Source of the DNA: Diplonema japonicum | Lineage: Eukaryota; Protista; Euglenozoa: Diplonemea | Assembly (NCBI GenBank): GCA_964019335.1 | Contig: OZ025657.1 | Coordinates: 372,001 to 436,000 of the forward strand | Reading direction: 5' to 3' | DNA: 64,000 bases | Shown here: piece after piece, positions 48,764 to 59,062 of the stretch | Position numbering within the stretch: position 1 is the stretch's first letter | How the letters are laid out: the number at the start of each line of letters is the position of its first letter | Notes under the pieces: generated by a model | Told to the model about the DNA's origin: nothing | Seen by the model: the letters and a program-made list of their open reading frames with translations, nothing else | The model's database searches: none | Translations under genes and position numbers: made by a program

Positions 48764-50764
48764 TTATGTTGTCAAAATAATTTCTTTATCGTTCTCAAGG
48801 TCCTGCATTGCCTGCACCAGGGTGTCGTCACGGTCCGACAGCAGAATGGTGTCTGATTTATCCATTTCTTGGTCTGTGATGTCCATGGCTTTGACCAGTT
48901 TGTCCCATGACTTCCTTGAGCTGTACCGGATGAAGGCTCGTTGTAAGGTGTTGACGTTGACGATGACCATGCGCCGTTCTGTCTTTGAAAAGGTGTCTAC
49001 GGGTGACTCCGCTGCCTGTGAGAAGAGGTCCTTCCACCATGACACGTCGCAGACGAGTTTCAGCGTTGCTCGCACGTAGCCACCGACTACGTCGTCCACC
49101 ACATCTGCCCCCAGGGTCTCCACCACAACCCTCTTCACTTTACTCATTGCTTGCACCACCATTTTGGTCTCGCTTAGTATCACGGCAGCTGGCGGTGAGC
49201 TCAACACGTTGTTGAGATACAACTCAGCAACTTCTATCTTCGCCCACTCGCCACCTGCTGTGTCAAGCAGCTTGTTCGGGATCGACGCTGATTTCTCAAT
49301 CAGATGGTCGATGCTTGTGATCCGCTCCCTGTAAAAGGTCCGCTTCAGCACTTCGGATATACGCGGCAGCAGCTGGTCCACAACGAACTCGATGTCCGAG
49401 TACAGCATGAGCGTGCTCTGCAGGTCCATCTCCTGCGTAGTAGGGCAAGTGAAGGCCTGTTGCAGGTAGTTCCGCACCACCTCCGCAAGACCACTATCCA
49501 CAGCGGTTTCGAGGACGGGCCACGGCCTGTCGCCTCCTTTGATAGAGTACGAGCCTTCTGTGTTGTGAAGGCACACGCCACGTATCGAGGCAAGAAGAGA
49601 GGAAACGAGATGAAGGAGGGTCTGCGTGGACGGGGTGATGAGCGCACTCGTCTTGTCGCGAGAGGTCCTTGTCCACAGTGGGGGTGAATGGACCTCTTCG
49701 ACGAAGAAGGACTCGCCTGTTTTGGGTGTGAAGGTGTCCTCGGCGAGACCCTCGAGCGACTCCTCGTTAATACGAGCACATTCTCTTTCGAGAAGGTCCA
49801 AAGCTGTATCCTGAAGCGACAGTTGGAGGTGGGGACAGAGGTCAAGGGAGAGGGGTTCAAGGTGGTCACGAGATGACTTAAACACCTCAGCAAGGGCACG
49901 GTAGCAGTCGGTGAAGAGCTCGACACCCAAAATCTGCGAGGCGAGCAGCTCAGAGAAGGCGCTAAGCTCGGTGGAGAGCCATCGAACGGCAGTGGACTTC
50001 TGGTTGCTGCTACCGTTGCTGCCTTCCATTTGGATGTACTCAACATAGGTGGAGCCAAGACCTTGGAACACTGCGGTGGAGGTATTCTTCGCGTAGAGGA
50101 CCATGTCGCCACTAAAACGGACACGGCGAACCTCCGAGCGAACCCATTTGGAACGCTTCATGAAGAAGAAGTCGTAAGCGATCTGCGGGCGGTCGAGACG
50201 CAGGAGGAGTTTTAATAGAGATTTTGACGAACCAGGGGTGTCGCGGAGAGCAGCCAGGATTTGTTGCACAACGTCTTCCTCCAGTTGCCAAAGATCCTTC
50301 GGCGGGACCGACAGTGCATTGGGCCCTGTTAGGATCGTGGACGCTCGTTCAAAGTCGTTTTCAAAAAGCGCCAGATCGATCTCCTCTTTTATCACCTTGA
50401 GGGGATCGTCGTCTTCTTCTATAAGCTCACCACCGGTGTCTGCTGTGGGACTGTCTTCGTCCAGTTCCAAAGGAAGATGTGCGACTTGATCCAGCATACT
50501 CTTGAGAGACAATACCTCTTCTCGTACTTTTAGAAGGTTTTGCGCTCCTTCTTCTATTTTCGTTGCGTAGTCCATGAATCTTGTGTAATTTCGTTGGACG
50601 ACGTCCTTCATCTGGCCTTCGACATGTGATTCACACACATCGAGCTCGTCGATTATTCTATTCCTGTCAGAATCGTGTTTCTTGAGGAGATCGTGTACTC
50701 TTCGCTCTAGGTCGAAATTCTCCCTTGTGAACAACTCTGTTGTGGGGCGGTGGCCATACGGCAT
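48764..50764 (-). CDS. EXO84: Exocyst component Exo84/EXOC8-like (Vps51-like N-terminus)
   Basis: MKDVVQRNYTRFMDYATKI..L N-terminal motif; LLLRLDRPQIAYDFFFMKRSKWVR..SGDMVLY..RWLSTELSAF resembles Exo84_C. Confidence 0.72.
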   Translation of the reverse strand: MPYGHRPTTELFTRENFDLERRVHDLLKKHDSDRNRIIDELDVCESHVEGQMKDVVQRNYTRFMDYATKIEEGAQNLLKVREEVLSLKSMLDQVAHLPLELDEDSPTADTGGELIEEDDDPLKVIKEEIDLALFENDFERASTILTGPNALSVPPKDLWQLEEDVVQQILAALRDTPGSSKSLLKLLLRLDRPQIAYDFFFMKRSKWVRSEVRRVRFSGDMVLYAKNTSTAVFQGLGSTYVEYIQMEGSNGSSNQKSTAVRWLSTELSAFSELLASQILGVELFTDCYRALAEVFKSSRDHLEPLSLDLCPHLQLSLQDTALDLLERECARINEESLEGLAEDTFTPKTGESFFVEEVHSPPLWTRTSRDKTSALITPSTQTLLHLVSSLLASIRGVCLHNTEGSYSIKGGDRPWPVLETAVDSGLAEVVRNYLQQAFTCPTTQEMDLQSTLMLYSDIEFVVDQLLPRISEVLKRTFYRERITSIDHLIEKSASIPNKLLDTAGGEWAKIEVAELYLNNVLSSPPAAVILSETKMVVQAMSKVKRVVVETLGADVVDDVVGGYVRATLKLVCDVSWWKDLFSQAAESPVDTFSKTERRMVIVNVNTLQRAFIRYSSRKSWDKLVKAMDITDQEMDKSDTILLSDRDDTLVQAMQDLENDKEIILTT

Positions 50765-50810
50765 TATTCTGTTGTTGTTGTTGTTTTACTGTCATAAATA
50801 AAAAAAGAAT

Positions 50811-50851
<41 letters not shown>

Positions 50852-50852
50852 G
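50811..50852. repeat. (TTG/CAA)n microsatellite upstream of EXO84
   Basis: About 14 tandem units. Confidence 0.9.
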
Positions 50853-51481
50853 CCACCATTGCATAGCAAGAAGAAGAAAAACTGGTTATGTAAAAAGAAG
50901 AGAAAAAAAAAAAGAGAAAAAAAAAGACAGACACACTTATTTAAAAAAACACCAAAAAAAAAAAAAGTATTCTCTACTTTTTTTTTTCTCCTGTGTAGAG
51001 TCACTTTTTTTTCTTCTATGAAAAAAAAAATGGGAAGGATAGAAATAGGGAGGGGATGGAGGGGGGAGGGACACCCCCCCATTTTTTTCTTTTTTTTTCT
51101 TCTTTTTGGTGTTTAATAAATAAGGGGAAATTGGGAAGGGGGTGTTAATGAGGGAGGGGAATAGAAATAAAAAAGTGTAAAAAAAAAAAAGGGGGAGGGA
51201 ACCCACACTAAAAAGGTTTGTCCTACTTTTCTTTTTTTTTCTCTCCCTTCACATTTCCTCCACCCAAAAAAAATTTAATCTAAGAAGAAACGAAAAGAAG
51301 AAAATTAAAACTTAACAGCACTTTTCTTTTTTTTTTTTTTAAATTTCCTCCTTTTCTTACGGGTTTTCTCTAAGTCTGAAAAAAAAAAGGGAATAAAGAA
51401 AACAAAACAAATTTTTTTTTCTTTTAACCCTTTCCCATATTGGCTTTAAAAAAAACTCCCCCCCCCGTTCCCCTCCCCCTT

Positions 51482-51772
51482 CTATGCATAGTAGTTCAAA
51501 TTCGACTTCTTTCGTGATTGCACCTTTAAAAAAAAATGTTTTTTTCCCCCCCACTCCCTTCCCTTTCTATCATACCTGTGCAATTCCTTCCATAAAATCT
51601 TCATGCGCAAGCTGAGAAGCGTCTCTCCTATAATTAGGTAATTTTTCAAAAAAAAAACATTTTTTTTTTTCCACACACCTCATCGCAAGCATTCCAGCTT
51701 CAACACAAACTGCCTTAAGCTGAGCACCGTTCATATCATCAGTACACCTGGAAAGCTCATCGAAGTTGACTG

Positions 51773-51803
<31 letters not shown>

Positions 51804-52943
51804 CCAATCCACCATACCACCATCGATCAAGTTCATCTTCCTTGAGTGGATGCGAAGGATACGCGCACGGGACTCTTCGTCGGGAAGGGGGAACTCTACC
51901 TTACGGTCGAGCCTACCAGATCTAAGAAGCGCAGGGTCCAAAACATCGATTCTGTTGGTGGCCGCGACAACCTTGATATCATCACCTGTGTCAAACCCGT
52001 CCAACTGGTTCAGCAGCTCAAGCATGGTACGCTGCACTTCCCTGTCGCCAGACTTCTCCCCACCTCTGCGCGTCCCGATGGCGTCGATCTCGTCGATGAA
52101 GATAATTGTCGGTGCCTTTTCCTTCGCCAGTGCGAATGCGTCCCGTACTATCTTAGCACCGTCACCAATATACATTTGAACCAACTGAGGTCCAGCAAGC
52201 TTTAAAAACGTACACCCGCACTGCGCAGCGCAAGCCCTTGCCAACAACGTTTTCCCTGTTCCAGGAGGACCGTACAAAATAACACCCTTAGGAGGTTGGA
52301 TACCGATTGCCTTAAAACGGTCTTTGTGGGTGAAGGGCAGCACACATGCTTCAACCATTTCCTTGATCTGCTTGTCAAGACCGCCTACCTCGGAATATGT
52401 TTCTTTAGGCTTCTCATCAACTTCCATGGTTTTAACACGGGAATCGTATTCAGGGGGGAGAGTGTCGAGGACGAGATATGTGTCTTTGTTGACACCAACG
52501 AGGTCGTTGGGCTTTAGTTTTGAGGGTTCTACGAGGCCGATGACTGGGAGGTATATGGTCTGTCGGGTTGATGTTTTGACGACCGCCGCTTTGCCTTTTC
52601 TGTGATCGTCAACATCAACGGTTTGTCCCTCGTCTTCTTGGTCGTCTTCCTCGTCGTCAGAGAGGATTTCCACCAGGGTGGCTACGAGGTGGGGAAGCTG
52701 GCTGTTGAGTTTGATCCTTTCGGCGTTTTCCTTGATCTTGTCCTGCATTTTCTTGGCGTCGTTGCTTAACTTCGTCCTCTCGGAGATCAACACTCTCAGC
52801 TCGTTGTCCAGCATCCGCGTCCTGAGCTGGATGTCGTCCACACTCATTGTTTCAAGCTCTGCGTCCAGCGCCTTGTCCTCCTCAGTGGTGTCCTCCTCTT
52901 CCTTCACTACTTTCTGCTTTTCCGCATTTTTATCTGAGTCCAT
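51482..52943 (-). CDS. RPT5: 26S proteasome AAA-ATPase RPT5/PSMC3, 4 exons (introns 51770-51817, 51628-51678, 51524-51575)
   Basis: [17 protein letters not shown], Walker [24 protein letters not shown] and Walker B IFIDEID. Removing three GT-AG introns restores KMNLIDGVNFDE, MLAMRRDA and the HbYX tail [13 protein letters not shown]. Start is MDSDK at 52943. Confidence 0.96.
51524..51575 (-). other. 52-nt GT-AG intron in RPT5
   Basis: GTATGATAG...TTTAAAG. Required to reach the conserved C-terminal YYA. Confidence 0.93.
51628..51678 (-). other. 51-nt in-frame GT-AG intron in RPT5
   Basis: GTGTGTGG...CCTAATTATAG with a CTAAT branch-like motif. It accounts for a 17-aa non-conserved insert. Confidence 0.9.
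51770..51817 (-). other. 48-nt in-frame GT-AG intron in RPT5
   Basis: GTATGGTGGATTGG(A)nCCCAG, which the ORF track reads as a spurious poly-K insert. Confidence 0.92.
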
Positions 52944-52993
52944 TTTTTTTTTTGTTTTCCTGAGGGGAGGGGAAGGGGGGGGTTTTTTTTTGA

Positions 52994-53104
<111 letters not shown>

Positions 53105-53439
53105 GAGTGAGAAAAATAAAAAACAAGAGACAGGGAGAGAACGAGTGAAACAAAGTAGGATACAACAAAGGCTTTTCCTTTTTTATTTTCTTTTTCTTTT
53201 ATGTCGCGATTTTGCCGTGTTTTTGTAAGTACTAATGGACGTGGTCGTCTGCTGCCCTATAATGCCCCCCCTGGGGCAGCCCCCGAAAAAAAACGTCCGG
53301 GAGTAAATCCCATGGTGCTTTCGGTAATTTCTTCTTCCGGTAAATCTTCCTTTCGGAATTAATTGTTTTACAGTGTTTTTTTCTTTTTTCTTTTTTGTAT
53401 TGTTTTGAAAAAGACCTTGCCACAGGGGGGTTTTTTTTG

Positions 53440-55935
53440 ACTATGCGAGAAAAAAAAGGGAGAGAGACAAAAGAAAACAAAAGACAAGGAGAGAACGAGA
53501 GAAACAAAGTAGAATTACAACAAAATGCAACAAAAAAAGGATTTTCAGGCTCCCCCTCCCCCTTCTTTTATGTCGCGATATTGCCGTGTTTTTGTAAGTA
53601 CAAATGGACGGGACTGTGTGCCTTTTTTATTATTTTTTATTTTTATTTTTAAATATTTTTTATTCTTTTGAAAAGACCTTGTCCCAACTGCTTTGAAAAA
53701 AAAGGGGGTAGGGAAGAATGGGAAGAGGAGAAGGGAAACAAAACAGGCGAATGTATGAGTCCCAGTGGAAAAAAAATCTTCATCGCACTTCTATTTTTGT
53801 TCTTTTTTTTTTTTTTTCGAATTTTATTTCGAACTCAAATAGACAGAACGTGGTGATATTTCTTTTTTTTTTTTTTGCCTCTGAGGGATTCATAAAAAGT
53901 GGCTTTCTTCCTCTACCTATTTCTTTATCATTTCTTTCTACGAAAAATGAACGAGAAGGCAGAAAAAAGATCGGTAGAAACAAACAAACAAACAAACAAA
54001 CAATGAGAGGAGAGAGAGAGAGAAATTTGAAAAAAAAAAAGGAGACGGTTCTATAATTTTTGTAAATATTTTAGAACAGTTTGCCAAAATCTTTTTTTTT
54101 TTTCTACAGCACAACAAGATAATATTAATAAAATAAATATCCCTGTGATGGTTCATTTATTTTTTTTCGCTCATATATTTGAGCTTTGAGAAAAACGAAG
54201 ATGAAAAAAAGAAGAACAAGAAGTCAATTTTTCCATTAGAAAATGAGACCCATAGTTTGGAGACCTACCGGTCTAACTATTGCGTCTCCTGTATAGGGAA
54301 CACCCCATGTCTCTAAAACTGACTGAAATGAACTCGTTTTCGCGACCCTCTTCAATAGTTTTTTTTTCTTTTCTTCTGGCAATTGGGTTTTTCCATGAAT
54401 TTCTAGTAGAACGTACAAAAAAAGTTGTTCCCGAAAATCTTTTACAGCTCCCTCGGAAGGGTTGCTTCTTGCATGATTGAGCACTGGAGTTGATTTTAAT
54501 TTAGCCCTTTAGAGGGTTTTAGAGACATGGGACGTTAGGGGGAAAAAAATAGATAAAGTTTCAGTGTGCAAGGGGGCGCTCACTGTTGGGAGAAAAAAGA
54601 AAAAAGAACTGCCCTACACAACAGTGCCATTGGTCTCCTTGGGTCTCGTGAGCTCCTTCTGGTTTCCCGTTTCATCTCCGAAACGCTTCGGCTTGCGAAG
54701 GCAGAAGTAGTAAACAAGGAAAGCAGCAAGAGCCACCACAACAACGGACCCCACCACAATACCGACGATGGCACCTGTCGATATCGAACTGCTGCCATCG
54801 TTCAAGTCGCTCACAGTCACATCATGCACCGTGTCACCCACTTGGTTCTCGATCCGTGCCCTGTTTGCCCGCAAAGTGCTCAACACTTCCTTGTTGTCCA
54901 TCTCAGAGGGAACAAGAAGGTACACAGTCAAATCCATGGTCCCTCCCACTTGTTGTGCCACCACTGCCGTCCGGTGTCCTGCCGCACCCCCACAGGGAAG
55001 GCAGTTCCCGCGGCACACGTTGATGCAGGTAGCCGCCCCTCCAAAGATCTGCTCCAAAACAGGCATCAGATTCCTGCCCCCTGTCACCGTCTTCTCCATG
55101 TCGCTCGAGACAACGTGGAACACCACCCGCACATCCCTCTTCGATGGAGGGGTCGGGGTCGGATCCGCAGGCTTAGGTGGGGTTCCCGGTTCAGGCTCAG
55201 GCTGGAGTTTCGGCTCGGGCTCAGGCTGGAGCTTCGGCTCAGGCTGAAGCTTGGGACGGATCGGCTCAGGTACAATGACAGGCTCAGGAGCTTCTGTATA
55301 AACAGAGTCGCAGCTCCAAGAGAACGAGGCCGCCGTCCCGAGCGGGTAGGCTGGTGCCATGTACACGTGAGCTTTCTCGCGCACTTTTACTGTTGGGTCC
55401 GAAGAGGTGAGGGGAATGTGAGACATTTCGAAAAAGTCAAATACAAAGAAGGCGAAAAGGGGCTCACCGGACACGTAAGACACGGTCAGGAACGGCACGC
55501 CGGCATCACACCTGAGTAACCAGCAGTGTCTGGAACTGTCCTTCTCCACCTCCACAAGCCCCGGTGATGTTAACGAGCCACAGCCACTGTTGACCCAGTT
55601 GATGTCCGCCCAGCCGTTCCCAGTCTTTGTCACGTTCACAGTGGTGTCAAACAAGAGAAAAGGCATCAGCTGGTACTGGTAGCCGCTCCCGCCATCGATC
55701 TTGAACTCTGCTGCGTCCGTTTTCACCACCAAACCCCCCCCGCTGCTGAAGTCGTACGTCACATTCAGGTACACCCGCGGTGCAGGCGCCTCCACTCTGA
55801 AGTTCCAGCAGGTGTCGCTAGTATCTTTCGTGCTGAAGCTCCCGGATGCGGCAGTGTCGAAAGTTTTGCACGACCCATCACCCAGCACCCCAGCGCACAG
55901 CAGAGACAGAAGCAAGACTCTTGTGTTCATTTTTT
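53440..55935. repeat. Tandem segmental duplication, unit 1 (spacer plus surface-protein gene)
   Basis: Colinear and highly similar to 56421-59067, including non-coding sequence. Its first ~170 nt also recur near 52975-53240. Confidence 0.9.
54614..55930 (-). CDS. Type I membrane surface protein, paralog A (signal peptide, Cys-paired beta domains, PEP/KLQ stalk, juxtamembrane domain, TM)
   Basis: Signal MNTRVLLLSLLCAGVLG; PEPKLQPEP repeats; TM GAIVGIVVGSVVVVALAAFLVYYFCL followed by RKPKR. Confidence 0.88.
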   Translation of the reverse strand: MNTRVLLLSLLCAGVLGDGSCKTFDTAASGSFSTKDTSDTCWNFRVEAPAPRVYLNVTYDFSSGGGLVVKTDAAEFKIDGGSGYQYQLMPFLLFDTTVNVTKTGNGWADINWVNSGCGSLTSPGLVEVEKDSSRHCWLLRCDAGVPFLTVSYVSGEPLFAFFVFDFFEMSHIPLTSSDPTVKVREKAHVYMAPAYPLGTAASFSWSCDSVYTEAPEPVIVPEPIRPKLQPEPKLQPEPEPKLQPEPEPGTPPKPADPTPTPPSKRDVRVVFHVVSSDMEKTVTGGRNLMPVLEQIFGGAATCINVCRGNCLPCGGAAGHRTAVVAQQVGGTMDLTVYLLVPSEMDNKEVLSTLRANRARIENQVGDTVHDVTVSDLNDGSSSISTGAIVGIVVGSVVVVALAAFLVYYFCLRKPKRFGDETGNQKELTRPKETNGTVV

Positions 55936-57030
55936 TTGTTTAAACTGTAAAACGAATAATGTCGGACGGAAAAAACTCCCGAACACCAAAAAAAAAAAAA
56001 AAAAAACCGGACATTTTCCCGTCCCGGAGTTTTTCTGGGGAAGAAATTTTTTTTACATTTTGGGGGGTAGCAGCTCCTGCTTTTCTTCCCCCATACCACC
56101 ACGTTTGCCTGGAAGGGCGTTATTCGCTGTGCAGACTTGTCTGCAGAGCCAAAATGTTTACCCTGCGTGGTAAGGGCAGTTTGAATTCTTTCCCCCTTTC
56201 GATGCACCAACAAATAGCACCCACAGTCTCGTACTTCTTTCCTCAAATGACCAGTTCGAGTACCCAAGGCACATTGAGCAGCTGGCTTGTGAGGCGCCCA
56301 GCTTTGGTTGCTGACACTGAGATTTACACCGGGCCAAGAAAGCCAGAACAAACGCCCGAAAGCAGCTCCAGCTCCCGAAAGATGCAAAAGCCCGTGCGGC
56401 TACAATACGCTCACGGCGTCGCTATGCGGAGAAAAAAAAAAGAGAATAAGAAAACAAGAGACAGGGAGAGAACGAGTGAAACAAAGTAGACAACAAAATG
56501 CAACAAAAAAAAAAAAGGATTTTTAGGCTTTTTTTTTTTTTTTTATGTCGCGATTTTGCCGTTTTTGTAAGTACGAATGGACGGGATTGTGTGCCTTTTT
56601 TTTATTTTATCTTTTTTTCAAAATATTCTTTTTTTATTCTTTTGGAAAGACCTTGCCACAACTGCTTTGAAAAAAAAGGGGAGGTGGGGAAGAATGGGAA
56701 GAGGAGAAGGGAAACAAAACAGGCGAATGTATGAGTCCCAGTGGGAAAAAAAAAAAAAATCGTCATCGCAGGCCTGCTTCTAATTTTTGTTCTTATATTT
56801 TTGTTCATACATTTCTTTTCGGATTTTATTTCGAACTCAAATAGACAGAACGGTGACATTTTTTTTTTTTTTTTTTTTTTTTTGCCTCTGAGGGGTTCAT
56901 AATGTGGCTTTCTTCCTGTACCTCTATTTCTATATCATTTTTTCTTCGAAAAATGAACGAGAAGGTAAGAAAAAGATCGGTAGAAACAAACAAACAAACA
57001 AAGAGAGAAGAGAGAAAATTAAAAAAAAAA

Positions 57031-57070
57031 GATGTCTTTGAAGGGAACCTGCAGTATGTGACAGGATCGC

Positions 57071-57101
<31 letters not shown>
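57031..57101 (+). mobile_element. 42-bp element plus A-tract, present in duplication unit 2 only
   Basis: Absent from the matching A-run in unit 1 (~54030). Homologous to 11282-11323. Confidence 0.6.
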
Positions 57102-57772
57102 CGGCGAGAGACTGACGGTTCTACTATTTTGGTAGAAAGCTTTTTTTCTTTTTAGAACAGTTTGCCAAAATATACTTCACTGTGATGGTTCATTTATTTT
57201 TTTTCGCTCATATATTTGAGCTTTGAGAAAAAGAAGATGAAAAAAAGAAGAACAAGAAGTCAATAGCGAAGATCATCGTAAATCACTCTGTGTTCTAAAC
57301 ATATAAATATATTTTTTTTTCCATTAGAAAATGAGACCCATAGTTTAAAGACCTACCGGTCTAACTAATGCGTCCCCTGTATAGGGAACACCCCATGTCT
57401 CTAAAACTGACTGAAATGAACTCGTTTTCGCGACCCTCTTCAATAGTTTTTTTCTCTTTCTTTTCTTCTGGCAATTGGGTTTTCCATGAATTTCTAGTAG
57501 AATGTTGAGCCCTGAGAAACCCCAAAAAACCACTAAAAAAGTTGTTCCCGAAAATCTTTTACAAAGCTTCCTCGGAAGGGTTGCTTCTTGCATGATTGAG
57601 CACTGGAGTTGATTTTAATTTAGCCCTTTAGAGCAAGTTCAGGATTGACCAGACGGGTTTTAGAGACATGGGACGTGGGGAAAAGGAAAAAAAAAAATCT
57701 AGATAAAGTTTCAGTGTGCAAGGGGGTGCTCACTGTTGCGAGAAAAAAAAGAAAAAGAAAAAAAGAACTGCC

Positions 57773-59062
57773 CTACACAACAGTACCATGAAACGGGCCA
57801 TTGGTCTCCTTGGGTCTCGTGAGCTCCTTCTGGTTTCCCGTTTCATCTCCGAAACGCTTCGGCTTGCGAAGGCAGAAGTAGTAAACAAGGAAAGCAGCAA
57901 GAGCCACCACAACAACGGACCCCACCACAATACCGACGATGGCACCTGTCGATATCGAACTGCTGCCATCGTTCAAGTCGCTCACAGTCACATCATGCAC
58001 CGTGTCACCCACTTGGTTCTCGATCCGTGCCCTGTTTGCCCGCAAAGTGCTCAACACTTCCTTGTTGTCCATCTCAGAGGGAACAAGAAGGTACACAGTC
58101 AAATCCATGGTCCCTCCCACTTGTTGTGCCACCACTGCCGTCCGGTGTCCTGCCGCACCCCCACAGGGAAGGCAGTTCCCGCGGCACACGTTGATGCAGG
58201 TAGCCGCCCCTCCAAAGATCTGCTCCAAAACAGGCATCAGATTCCTGCCCCCTGTCACCGTCTTCTCCATGTCGCTCGAGACAACGTGGAACACCACCCG
58301 CACATCCCTCTTCGATGGAGGGGTCGGGGTCGGATCCGCAGGCTTGGGCAGGGTTCCCGGCTCAGGCTGGAGCTTCGGCTCAGGCTGAGGCTTGGGACGG
58401 ATCGGCTCAGGTACAATGACAGGCTCAGGTGCTTCTGTATCAACAGCGTCACAGCTCCAAGAGAACGAGGCCGCCGTCCCGAGCGGGTAGGCTGGTGTCA
58501 TCCGCACGTGTCCTTTCTCAAGCCCTTTCACTGTTGGGTCCGAAGAGGTGAGGGGATGGAGGAGCGCTTTGGTAAAGCCAAATACAGAGAAGGGCCCACC
58601 GGACACGTAAGACACGGTCAGGAACGGCACGCCGGCATCACACGTGAGGAACCAGCAGTGTGTGGAACTGTCCTTCTCCACCTCCACAAGCCCCGGTGAT
58701 GTTAACGAGCCACAGCCACTGTCGACCCAGTTGATGTCCGCCCAGCCGTTCCCAGTCTTTGTCACGTTCACAGTGGTGTCAAACAAGGGAAAAGGCATCA
58801 GCTGGTACTGGTAGCCGCTCCCGCCATCGATCTTGAACTCTGCCGATTTCGTTTTCACCACCAAACCCCCCCCGCTGCTGAAGTCGTACGTCACATTCAA
58901 GTACACCCGCGGTGCAGGCGCCTCCACTCTGAAGTTCCAGCAGGTGTCGCTAGTATCTTTCGTGCTGAAGCTCCCGGATGCGGCAGTGTCGAAAGTTTTG
59001 CATGACCCATCACCCAGCACCCCAGCGCACAACAGAGACAGAAGCAAGACTCTTGTGTTCAT
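57773..59062 (-). CDS. Type I membrane surface protein, paralog B
   Basis: Nearly identical to paralog A outside one variable patch and the stalk length. Start is MNTRV at 59062. Confidence 0.88.
   Translation of the reverse strand: MNTRVLLLSLLCAGVLGDGSCKTFDTAASGSFSTKDTSDTCWNFRVEAPAPRVYLNVTYDFSSGGGLVVKTKSAEFKIDGGSGYQYQLMPFPLFDTTVNVTKTGNGWADINWVDSGCGSLTSPGLVEVEKDSSTHCWFLTCDAGVPFLTVSYVSGGPFSVFGFTKALLHPLTSSDPTVKGLEKGHVRMTPAYPLGTAASFSWSCDAVDTEAPEPVIVPEPIRPKPQPEPKLQPEPGTLPKPADPTPTPPSKRDVRVVFHVVSSDMEKTVTGGRNLMPVLEQIFGGAATCINVCRGNCLPCGGAAGHRTAVVAQQVGGTMDLTVYLLVPSEMDNKEVLSTLRANRARIENQVGDTVHDVTVSDLNDGSSSISTGAIVGIVVGSVVVVALAAFLVYYFCLRKPKRFGDETGNQKELTRPKETNGPFHGTVV

Noticed and set aside
54236-54484. 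82-aa ORF in the duplicated spacer (counterpart at 57345-57593)
   Set aside because: Indels change the frame and termini between the copies and there is no recognisable motif. At most a decayed remnant.
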